Part shown: positions 23,076-30,743 of the stretch, one piece after another
How the letters are laid out: each line of letters begins with the position of its first letter
Numbering within the stretch: position 1 is the first letter of the stretch
Notes under the pieces: model-generated
Database searches by the model: none
What the model was told of the DNA's origin: nothing
What the model saw: only the letters and a program-made list of their open reading frames with translations
Assembly (NCBI GenBank): GCA_964591475.1
Contig: CAZQAX010000003.1
Location: forward strand, 1 to 35,282
DNA length: 35,282 bases
Reading direction: 5' to 3'
Source: an uncultured Candidatus Saccharibacteria bacterium
Lineage (GTDB): Bacteria; Patescibacteriota; Minisyncoccia; Phycocordibacterales; UBA9973
Translations under genes and position numbers: made by a program

Positions 23076-24050
23076 ATGGATGACATGCAAAATAATCAAA
23101 ATCGCACTATAAAATTGATAAGAAAAACTATCAAATTGGTTTTGGTTATTTTTGTCGCTTACTTGATATTTTATTTTATTAGCCCGCCTAAAAACTTTCC
23201 TGAAAAATCAAGTTTTACAATTAGTTACGGCACACCGTTAGGGGTAATCTCGTATAGACTAAAAAACGAAGGTTATATTCGTTCACGCTTTTTATTTGAA
23301 GGTTTAATAATTTTAAAACAAAACGAAAAAAGCATTAGTGATGGTGAATATTATTTCGAAAAACCAGTAAATTTAATATTTGTTGCACTTCGTTTGACTG
23401 GATCAAATTTTGGACTAGACAGGCTAAAAATTACCATACCCGAAGGCTACACCAGGGCCGATATTGCCAAACGTTGCGAAGCCGTGTTGGTAAATTGTAG
23501 TTCGGCACGCTTTCTTGAAAAAACCGAAAGCATGGAGGGTTATTTATTTCCAGACACTTACTTAATATTCCCGGGCAAAACCGAAGACGACCTGATAGCT
23601 AAAATGAAATTGAATTTTGAGAATAAAACAAAAAATGTTTTCAATACCAGCATAATGCCGTCTGAACAAAAAGACATTATAGTTATGGCGTCAATTTTAG
23701 AGCGTGAGGCAAATGGCGACGAAGATATTAAAATAATTTCAGGTATTTTGCAAAATCGATTGCGCATAGATATGCCTCTACAGGTTGATGCGACTTTTTA
23801 CTATTTATTAGGCAAAGAGTCTAGCGAACTAACATTGAATGATTTAAAAATAAAGTCACCATATAATACTTATACAAACAAAGGCCTACCCCCGGGGCCC
23901 ATAGGTAACCCAGGAATTAAGGCAATACAAGCTGCTATTTACCCAACTAAAACTGATTATCTGTATTACCTGCACGCAAGTGATGGCACGGTTTATTATG
24001 CCAAAACACATGCCGAACATGTTAAAAACAAAAGGCTTTATTTAAAATAA
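23076..24050 (+). CDS. mltG: endolytic murein transglycosylase MltG (YceG-like)
   Basis: ASILEREA, YNTY...GLPPGPI.NPG motifs. N-terminal TM anchor. Confidence 0.9.
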   Translation: MDDMQNNQNRTIKLIRKTIKLVLVIFVAYLIFYFISPPKNFPEKSSFTISYGTPLGVISYRLKNEGYIRSRFLFEGLIILKQNEKSISDGEYYFEKPVNLIFVALRLTGSNFGLDRLKITIPEGYTRADIAKRCEAVLVNCSSARFLEKTESMEGYLFPDTYLIFPGKTEDDLIAKMKLNFENKTKNVFNTSIMPSEQKDIIVMASILEREANGDEDIKIISGILQNRLRIDMPLQVDATFYYLLGKESSELTLNDLKIKSPYNTYTNKGLPPGPIGNPGIKAIQAAIYPTKTDYLYYLHASDGTVYYAKTHAEHVKNKRLYLK

Positions 24051-24075
24051 TTTTGTGATATATTAAATACTTATT

Positions 24076-24624
24076 ATGAAAAAACACAGGCTAGCTTTTA
24101 TTGACGTTGAAACAACAGGATTAAACCCCGACAAGCACGAACTTATTCAAATAGGTATAGTTTTGGCTGACCAAGTTTGGGACGGCAACAAAGTTGAACT
24201 AAAGCACATTGACGAAGTCGAGCTTAAAATCAAGCCGGAACGAATTTCTGATGCCGACCCACAAGCCTTGCGCGTCAATGGTTATACACCGGCTGAATGG
24301 ATTTTTGCCTATTCATTACCCGAAGCTATGAAAATATTTGCTGACAAAACCAAAGACTGTATTTTTGTAGCCCACAATGCCTGTTTTGACTATTTATTTA
24401 TAGACAAAGCCTTTCATGTTACAGGTATCGAAAACCAAATGCATTTTTATAAAATAGACACATTATCAGTTGCTTATGCGCGCCTAGGGGTTAATAAACA
24501 GGTTGAAAAATATTCGCTTTCAACACTGTGCGATTTATTTGGTATTAAAAACTCTAACGCACACACAGCTTTGGCTGATGCCCATGCAACTTATGAACTT
24601 TTCCCTAAACTTATTAACGAATAA
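24076..24624 (+). CDS. DnaQ-like 3'-5' exonuclease (DEDDh)
   Basis: Motifs FIDVETTGL, AHNA.FD, H.AL.DA. Confidence 0.85.
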   Translation: MKKHRLAFIDVETTGLNPDKHELIQIGIVLADQVWDGNKVELKHIDEVELKIKPERISDADPQALRVNGYTPAEWIFAYSLPEAMKIFADKTKDCIFVAHNACFDYLFIDKAFHVTGIENQMHFYKIDTLSVAYARLGVNKQVEKYSLSTLCDLFGIKNSNAHTALADAHATYELFPKLINE

Positions 24625-25696
24625 AAAGCCCTCAGGGCTAAAACAAAAAGTTTTTGTTGGTATTTCGGGTGGTGTTGATAGCGCCGTTTCGGCCATACTT
24701 TTAAAACAACAAGGTTACGACGTAACCGGTGTATTTATTCGTACCTGGCAACCTGACTTTATCGAATGCACTTGGCGCGACGAACGTCGCGATGCCATAC
24801 GCGTATGCGCCCATTTAAACATTCCATTTTTAGAGTGCGACGCCGAAGACGAGTACAAGAATTTAGTTGGCATGCAAATGGTTAATGATTATGTTGCAGG
24901 CCTAACACCTAACCCTGACATACTATGCAACCGCGAAGTCAAATTTGGCGTTTTTTGGAATTTTGCAAAACAAAATGGGGCTGATTTTGTTGCTACGGGC
25001 CACTATGCAAAACGCTCTATGCAAAAAGGTTTATTTTTTATGGAACGCCCGACTGATAAAAACAAAGACCAAACTTATTTTTTATGGACTTTGCAAAATG
25101 CTGATCTAGAGCATGTGCTCTTCCCGCTAGCTGATTTAAACAAAGACGAGGTTAGGGTAATCGCTGAAAAACACAATTTACCAAATGCTACTAAAAAAGA
25201 CAGTCAGGGTGTATGCTTTTTGGGTCATATTGATATTAAAGATTTTCTATCGCACTATACCGAATTAAAACAAGGTGATGTGTTAGATGAAGAGGGTAAC
25301 GTAATAGGTAAACACGATGGTGCAATTGTTTACACATTGGGCCAACGCCACGGATTTGAAGTTTTCAAAAAAACCAACAACGAAAAACCGTATTATATTA
25401 TTGCCAAAAATGCCGAACTAAACACAATCACCGTATCAACCGAAATCATAAATACAACTTTTGCTAAAAAGGAACACTTATTAACTAAAGGCTTTATTCG
25501 CAAAGACATTGAAAACAATGCCGAAACTTTTGGCCTGTATCGCTACAACGGCGAATTTGTAAAAATCGAAGTTTTAAACGAACTTAATAATGACAAAATC
25601 CAAGTCATTTTCGAAAAGCCAGTGTTAATATCACCCGGCCAATCGGTGGTATTTTACCAAAACGATATAGTAATTGGTGGCGGTGTTTGTCTGTAG
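24593..25696 (+). CDS. mnmA: tRNA 2-thiouridine(34) synthase MnmA
   Basis: PP-loop SGGVDSAV, CN.EVKF, and the catalytic-Cys region. The start is uncertain: the last in-frame ATG before the PP-loop is 24593, overlapping the exonuclease by 32 nt. Confidence 0.85.
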   Translation: MNFSLNLLTNKKPSGLKQKVFVGISGGVDSAVSAILLKQQGYDVTGVFIRTWQPDFIECTWRDERRDAIRVCAHLNIPFLECDAEDEYKNLVGMQMVNDYVAGLTPNPDILCNREVKFGVFWNFAKQNGADFVATGHYAKRSMQKGLFFMERPTDKNKDQTYFLWTLQNADLEHVLFPLADLNKDEVRVIAEKHNLPNATKKDSQGVCFLGHIDIKDFLSHYTELKQGDVLDEEGNVIGKHDGAIVYTLGQRHGFEVFKKTNNEKPYYIIAKNAELNTITVSTEIINTTFAKKEHLLTKGFIRKDIENNAETFGLYRYNGEFVKIEVLNELNNDKIQVIFEKPVLISPGQSVVFYQNDIVIGGGVCL

Positions 25697-25702
25697 TATA
25701 AT
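25697..25702 (+). promoter_or_regulatory. -10 TATAAT inside the mnmA 3' end, 7 nt before ATG 25710 (leaderless)
   Basis: Read directly. Confidence 0.5.
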
Positions 25703-25709
25703 GATATTG

Positions 25710-26138
25710 ATGAAAATATTATTTGTTTGTAGGGGGAATATTGGGCGAAGCCAAATGGCACAAGAATTTTATAACAGTCTTTGTAATGGAAAAGGTGTTG
25801 CTGACTCTTGTGGTACTCGTGTTGGCGAATTTGAAGGTCAAAAGATTTTCGAAATTAAAAGCATTTCAGTAGAAGACGACATCCGTGCCATGCAAGAGAT
25901 TGGTTTTGACTATTCACAAGGCGTACGAAAACAAATAAACCCTGAACTTATTGAAAACGCAGACACAGTAATTGTAATGGCTGAAAGGGATACTTGGCCT
26001 GATTATTTAGAAAACAACCCCAAGGTTATTTTGTGGGATGTAGAAAATCCAAAAGATGTTCCATACGAAAAAACCTGCGAAATTAGAGATATAATTAAGG
26101 GTAAAGTTGAGCAACTTATTTTTGAAAACAATTCATAG
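25710..26138 (+). CDS. low-molecular-weight phosphotyrosine phosphatase / ArsC-type reductase
   Basis: P-loop CRGNIGRS (CX5R-S). ATG 25710 lies 7 nt after TATAAT. Confidence 0.8.
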   Translation: MKILFVCRGNIGRSQMAQEFYNSLCNGKGVADSCGTRVGEFEGQKIFEIKSISVEDDIRAMQEIGFDYSQGVRKQINPELIENADTVIVMAERDTWPDYLENNPKVILWDVENPKDVPYEKTCEIRDIIKGKVEQLIFENNS

Positions 26139-26145
26139 AATATAG

Positions 26146-26151
26146 TATAAT
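26146..26151 (+). promoter_or_regulatory. -10 TATAAT, 8 nt before ATG 26160 (leaderless)
   Basis: Read directly. Confidence 0.5.
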
Positions 26152-26159
26152 TATTAGCC

Positions 26160-27839
26160 ATGACCCAAAGCGAAGCACTCACAATTTTAAAAACTGGGGC
26201 CAATGTATTTTTGACTGGCGAGCCGGGGGCGGGTAAAACACATACTATCAATGCTTATGTGCGCTATTTGCGCATGCAGGGTATTGAACCGGCTATAACG
26301 GCCAGCACCGGCATTGCCGCGACACACATTGGCGGTATGACCATACATTCATGGTCGGGTATTGGTATACAAAACACGCTTGATAAATACGCAATTGATA
26401 AAATCGCCAGCACCGAATACGTAGTTAAGCGAATTTTAAAAAACACGGTTTTAATTATTGATGAAATTTCAATGCTCTCGCCCAATACGCTAGACATGGT
26501 CGATGCCGTGTGCAGGGAAGTTAAGCAAGTGCAAAAACCTTTTGGCGGTATGCAAACTATTTTAGTTGGAGACTTTTTTCAACTACCACCCATCGTCAAG
26601 AATAATTTTTATAGCAACAATCAAAATAACTCTTATAATAATCAAACTATTGACGAATACAGCCAAGAAACTTTTTTTCAAGAAGAAGACGATGAACAAA
26701 GGCGGCTAGATAGCTTAAAAATATTTGCCTACCAATCGAAAGCTTGGCAAAAGCTTTCGCCAATCATTTGCTATTTGACCGAACAACATCGCCAAGACGA
26801 CGATGACTTTTTAGACATACTATCGTCTATACGCGCAAATCGTGTTCTGCCCGAACATATCGATAAAATAAATTTGCGTAAAACAAGTGCAAACAATAAT
26901 CATGAAAATATTACAAAACTATTTTCGCATAATGCCGATGTTGACCGCATCAATAATAATGAACTAGCTAAAATTAAAGACGAGGAGCGTACGCACACAA
27001 TGCGAAGTTCTGGTAAAGATTCATTGGTCAATGCATTAATCAAAGGTTGTTTGTCGCCCGAAGATTTATGTTTAAAAAAAGGCGCCGTGGTTATGTTTAC
27101 TAAAAACAGTCCACGCGAAGGCTTTTATAATGGCACATTAGGTACAGTTATTGATTTTGAAAACGACACCAACTACCCAATTGTTAAAATTCATAATGGC
27201 AAAAACATAACAGTCGAACCTGTCGACTGGAGCGTTGAAGAGAACGGCAAAATCAAAGCCCAAATAAACCAAATACCACTGCGTTTGGCTTGGGCTATAA
27301 CAGTACATAAAAGCCAAGGTATGAGCCTAGATGGCGCTGTAATGGACCTATCGCAGGTATTTGAATATGGGCAAGGCTATGTGGCTTTATCGCGCGTACG
27401 CAGGCTTGCAGGCCTCCATATAATCGGTATTAACGACAAAGCCATGCAGGTGCACCCCGAAATTTTAAAACAAGACGTTACATTTCGCGAACAATCAGTC
27501 GATGCACAAAATGCCTTTAGCGAAATTTCAAAACAAAACATTACCGAATTACACAAAAAATTTATTATTGAAAATGGTGGTGTGTGGGTTGATCAAGATC
27601 TTGAGTCAAAACTTAAAGAAGGAACCAAAGAGTCAAAAGAAAAAAACAAATTAGAAAAAATTCGCGAAAAACATCCAAAGGCTGGAATGCGTTGGAATGA
27701 AGACGAGGAAAAGATTTTAATTGAATTATTTAATAGTGGACAAACACAAACTGCAATAGCTAAAAAAATGGGACGCAAAATTGGTGGCATACACGCAAGA
27801 CTTGTAAAACTTGGCTTAATCGAAGACGAAGTAGTATAA
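26160..27839 (+). CDS. PIF1/RecD-like SF1 helicase with C-terminal HTH tail
   Basis: Walker A GEPGAGKT, IIDEISM, VGDFFQLPPI, TVHKSQGMS, YVALSRVR. N/Q/D/E-rich insertion. C-terminal W.EDEE..L...F..G....IA..MGR..GGI..RL. Confidence 0.85.
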   Translation: MTQSEALTILKTGANVFLTGEPGAGKTHTINAYVRYLRMQGIEPAITASTGIAATHIGGMTIHSWSGIGIQNTLDKYAIDKIASTEYVVKRILKNTVLIIDEISMLSPNTLDMVDAVCREVKQVQKPFGGMQTILVGDFFQLPPIVKNNFYSNNQNNSYNNQTIDEYSQETFFQEEDDEQRRLDSLKIFAYQSKAWQKLSPIICYLTEQHRQDDDDFLDILSSIRANRVLPEHIDKINLRKTSANNNHENITKLFSHNADVDRINNNELAKIKDEERTHTMRSSGKDSLVNALIKGCLSPEDLCLKKGAVVMFTKNSPREGFYNGTLGTVIDFENDTNYPIVKIHNGKNITVEPVDWSVEENGKIKAQINQIPLRLAWAITVHKSQGMSLDGAVMDLSQVFEYGQGYVALSRVRRLAGLHIIGINDKAMQVHPEILKQDVTFREQSVDAQNAFSEISKQNITELHKKFIIENGGVWVDQDLESKLKEGTKESKEKNKLEKIREKHPKAGMRWNEDEEKILIELFNSGQTQTAIAKKMGRKIGGIHARLVKLGLIEDEVV

Positions 27840-27840
27840 T
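27835..27840 (+). promoter_or_regulatory. -10 TATAAT overlapping the helicase stop codon, 7 nt before ATG 27848 (leaderless)
   Basis: Read directly. Confidence 0.5.
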
Positions 27841-27847
27841 AATAAAT

Positions 27848-28351
27848 ATGACAGATTTATTTGCAAATTTATTATCAAGCGAAACAGCCCTAATTGGTGC
27901 ACGCCTAGGTGTTGCCATGTTGCTAGGCATGCTCGTTGGTACAGAACGTATTTTGGCTCACAAAACTGCCGGTATGCGTACATATGCCTTAATCTCAATG
28001 GGCTCAGCTTTATTTATTATTATTTCATTAATTATTATTAGCCAATTTCAGGGCGTAACTAATTTTGACCCACTACGTATTGCTGCTCAAGTTGTTTCAG
28101 CTGCTGGATTTATTTGCGCAGGTTTAATTTTTGTTAAAAAAGACGGCGTTGTAGGTTTGACTTCATCAGCCGGTCTATGGGTATCAGTTGGTATTGGTAT
28201 GGCTGCTGGTTTTGGTCTATACAATGTTGCGGTTATTGCCACAATACTGACCCTATTTATATTCGTAGTATTATGGTTTGTTGAAAAAGGCTTACGCAAT
28301 ACAAAACTTTACCGAATGATCGACGAAGACAATACAAATCAAACACAATAA
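27848..28351 (+). CDS. MgtC/SapB family membrane protein
   Basis: G.ER......AG.RTY.L...GSA motif and 4-5 TM segments. ATG lies 7 nt after a TATAAT embedded in the helicase stop region. Confidence 0.8.
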   Translation: MTDLFANLLSSETALIGARLGVAMLLGMLVGTERILAHKTAGMRTYALISMGSALFIIISLIIISQFQGVTNFDPLRIAAQVVSAAGFICAGLIFVKKDGVVGLTSSAGLWVSVGIGMAAGFGLYNVAVIATILTLFIFVVLWFVEKGLRNTKLYRMIDEDNTNQTQ

Positions 28352-28356
28352 ATATT

Positions 28357-28384
28357 AAAACCCTCAGTAATTACTGAGGGTTTT
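28357..28384 (+). terminator. terminator of the MgtC gene
   Basis: Perfect palindrome AAAACCCTCAGTAATTACTGAGGGTTTT. Confidence 0.8.
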
Positions 28385-28451
28385 AATTAAATAATTTCAT
28401 TTGCTAAAAACCCAAACGGGTGTTATGATACAGGCAGAAAAATTATAGCAT

Positions 28452-28655
28452 ATGCCAGTAGCCAGAAAAAAACGAGACAAGAAAAGGATGATTGAGAAAA
28501 ACCCCTTTAGTTTTAGTGAAGGTTCGGTTATCCCAGCCCCTGAAGAATTAGTTCAAAATCCGCAGCAAAAACCAAAAGGTGATTTTGATGCAAAAAAGCC
28601 TTTGAATAAAAAGGTTGTGAGTAATAAAAATCTTCACCGAACAACTAAAAAGTAA
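28452..28655 (+). CDS. small basic protein (67 aa)
   Basis: ATG ORF from track. TGtTATGAT promoter about 30 nt upstream. Lys/Arg-rich. Confidence 0.5.
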   Translation: MPVARKKRDKKRMIEKNPFSFSEGSVIPAPEELVQNPQQKPKGDFDAKKPLNKKVVSNKNLHRTTKK

Positions 28656-28656
28656 C

Positions 28657-28806
28657 ATGCCGGAAGACAAAAAGATTTCAAAACGCGACGCTGACATTGA
28701 ATGCATCAAATTAGATAAAAAATATTTCAATGGAAGCCCCAGTAAATTTCAAAAATTTAAAAACATTTTTAAACTACCGCGAATGCCTATGCGTTCGCGA
28801 AGATAA
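28657..28806 (+). CDS. possible small basic protein (49 aa) MPEDKKISKRDADIECIKLDKKYFNGSPSKFQKFKNIFKLPRMPMRSRR
   Basis: Hand-translated. ATG 1 nt after the upstream stop. Terminator 28837-28868 follows. Confidence 0.35.
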   Translation: MPEDKKISKRDADIECIKLDKKYFNGSPSKFQKFKNIFKLPRMPMRSRR

Positions 28807-28836
28807 GATCCTACCTGTTCTTGTATTCATAGCTTG

Positions 28837-28868
28837 CCAGCCCTTTCGTTTTGAGGGCTGGTTTTTTG
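28837..28868 (+). terminator. terminator after the small basic gene pair
   Basis: CCAGCCCT/AGGGCTGG stem, T6. Confidence 0.85.
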
Positions 28869-28890
28869 TTTTTACAGCCCCCGAAAATAG

Positions 28891-28899
28891 TGCTATATT
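28891..28899 (+). promoter_or_regulatory. extended -10 TGcTATATT, 6 nt before ATG 28906 (leaderless)
   Basis: Read directly. Confidence 0.55.
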
Positions 28900-28905
28900 T
28901 GATTT

Positions 28906-30672
28906 ATGAATAAAGAAAACATTAAGACCAAGTGGGACCTAACACTGCTTTATAAATCTATCAACGACCCTCAAATTGGAAAAGATGTTGAGCTAATAGA
29001 GAAGGCTTGTTTGAGTTTTGAAAAAAAATATAGCAACAAAAAATTTTTAAAAGATTTCAAGATTTTAAAATCAGCACTAAATGATTATGAAAACCTAGAT
29101 GGATTTAAAAATCCACTGGTTTACTTAAGACTAGTAAGTGATACTGATAATAAAAATAAAAAAGTTAGCGCACTGCAAAACCTATTATCAGACAAGTTAA
29201 CAAATGCGACTAATAAAATTTTATTTTTTAGAATAGCGCTTGGGCAAATTGATAAAAACACACAAACAAAGATTCTAAAAGATAAAGGGTTTGAAAAGTA
29301 TGCCTACTTCCTAAAACAAATCTTTGATAACTCTAAATACCAACTATCAGAACCAGAGGAAAAAATATTAAACTTAACATCACTAACATCAAGAGACTTA
29401 TGGGTGCGGTCACAAAATAAACTTCAGTCTGACCAGTATATAGTTTTTAAAGGTAAAAAAATATCATTAGGTGAGGCAAGTGGTAAATTTAGAACTTTAA
29501 ATAAAAAAGACAGAGACGTATTGGGCTCTTTAGTAAACAAAAAATTAAAAGAAATTAGTTATTTTTCAGAAGCAGAAATAAATGCGGTTATTCTGAACAA
29601 GAAAATGTTAGACGAATTAAGGGGCTTTAAAAAACCCTATAGTCAAACGATTTTAGGCTATCAAAATAATGAAAAATCGATCGAGAACCTAGTTGAAGTC
29701 GTAACTAAAAACTTTAAAATATCTAACGACTTTTTCAAAATAAAGGCTAAAATGTTAGGCCAAAGTAAGCTTACATATTGGGATAGGTCGGCTGAAATTA
29801 AAACAAATAAAAAATCAAAAATATCTTTTGAAGAATCTTTAGAAATTCTAAATACAGCATTTTCAAAACTTGGCAAAACATATACTGATATATTAAATAC
29901 TTATGTCACCAATGGCCAAATAGATGTATTCCCGTCATTAAACAAAAAATCTGGGGCATACTGCTGGTCAAATGCCAATATGCCAACTTTTGTATTTCTA
30001 AACCATACAAACGACTTAAATTCTGTAATGACATTTGCTCATGAAATGGGTCATGCTATACACGGAGAACTTTCTAAAAATCAACCATTAATATACCAAG
30101 GCCATACAATATCGGTAGCCGAGGTTGCAAGTACTCTTTTTGAAAATTTTGCATTTGAAGAAGTTTTTGAGAAACTTTCTGAAGACGAAAAAACCATTGC
30201 ACTACATGACAGAATAAGTGATGACATACAAACAATTTTTAGACAAATCGCTTGTTTTAATTTTGAAAACGAGCTTCACTTACAAATTCGAGAAAAGGGA
30301 GGTCTTTCAGCTGAAGATATTGCAAAGCTAATGAATAAGCACATGGGCGCTTATTTAGGACCAATTTTTGACTTAAAAGATGATGATGGATACTTTTTTG
30401 TTATGTGGTCTCATATTAGAAGATTCTTTTATGTATACTCATATGCTTACGGACAACTAATTAGTAAAGCGTTATATAATCGATACAAAAAAGATAAAAA
30501 ATTCTTAGAAAAAATTGAAAAGTTTTTATCCGCCGGTGAAAGCATGTCACCAGATGACATTTTTAAATCAATTGGTATAAATACAACAAATTCAGACTTG
30601 TTTGTTGATGGATTGAATCAGATTAAGGCTGACATCAAGACACTTGAGAAGCTTGTTTCTAAAAAAAGCTAA
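28906..30672 (+). CDS. pepF: oligoendopeptidase F (M3B metallopeptidase)
   Basis: HEMGH zinc motif and M3B length/architecture. ATG lies 6 nt after TGcTATATT. Confidence 0.85.
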   Translation: MNKENIKTKWDLTLLYKSINDPQIGKDVELIEKACLSFEKKYSNKKFLKDFKILKSALNDYENLDGFKNPLVYLRLVSDTDNKNKKVSALQNLLSDKLTNATNKILFFRIALGQIDKNTQTKILKDKGFEKYAYFLKQIFDNSKYQLSEPEEKILNLTSLTSRDLWVRSQNKLQSDQYIVFKGKKISLGEASGKFRTLNKKDRDVLGSLVNKKLKEISYFSEAEINAVILNKKMLDELRGFKKPYSQTILGYQNNEKSIENLVEVVTKNFKISNDFFKIKAKMLGQSKLTYWDRSAEIKTNKKSKISFEESLEILNTAFSKLGKTYTDILNTYVTNGQIDVFPSLNKKSGAYCWSNANMPTFVFLNHTNDLNSVMTFAHEMGHAIHGELSKNQPLIYQGHTISVAEVASTLFENFAFEEVFEKLSEDEKTIALHDRISDDIQTIFRQIACFNFENELHLQIREKGGLSAEDIAKLMNKHMGAYLGPIFDLKDDDGYFFVMWSHIRRFFYVYSYAYGQLISKALYNRYKKDKKFLEKIEKFLSAGESMSPDDIFKSIGINTTNSDLFVDGLNQIKADIKTLEKLVSKKS

Positions 30673-30686
30673 AAAATAACACCAAT

Positions 30687-30712
30687 AAAATGCCCGAAAA
30701 TGGCATTTTATT
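30687..30712 (+). terminator. terminator of pepF
   Basis: AAAATGCC/GGCATTTT stem. Confidence 0.7.
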
Positions 30713-30725
30713 ATGCATAATTTTA

Positions 30726-30734
30726 TGGTAAAAT
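30726..30734 (+). promoter_or_regulatory. extended -10 TGgTAAAAT, 9 nt before ATG 30744
   Basis: Read directly. Confidence 0.5.
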
Positions 30735-30743
30735 GGTCAAATA

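Noticed and set aside
24503-24592. Longest-ORF start of mnmA at 24503
   Set aside because: It would add about 50 non-homologous residues lying entirely within the exonuclease coding region. The ATG at 24593 is the closest start to the PP-loop.
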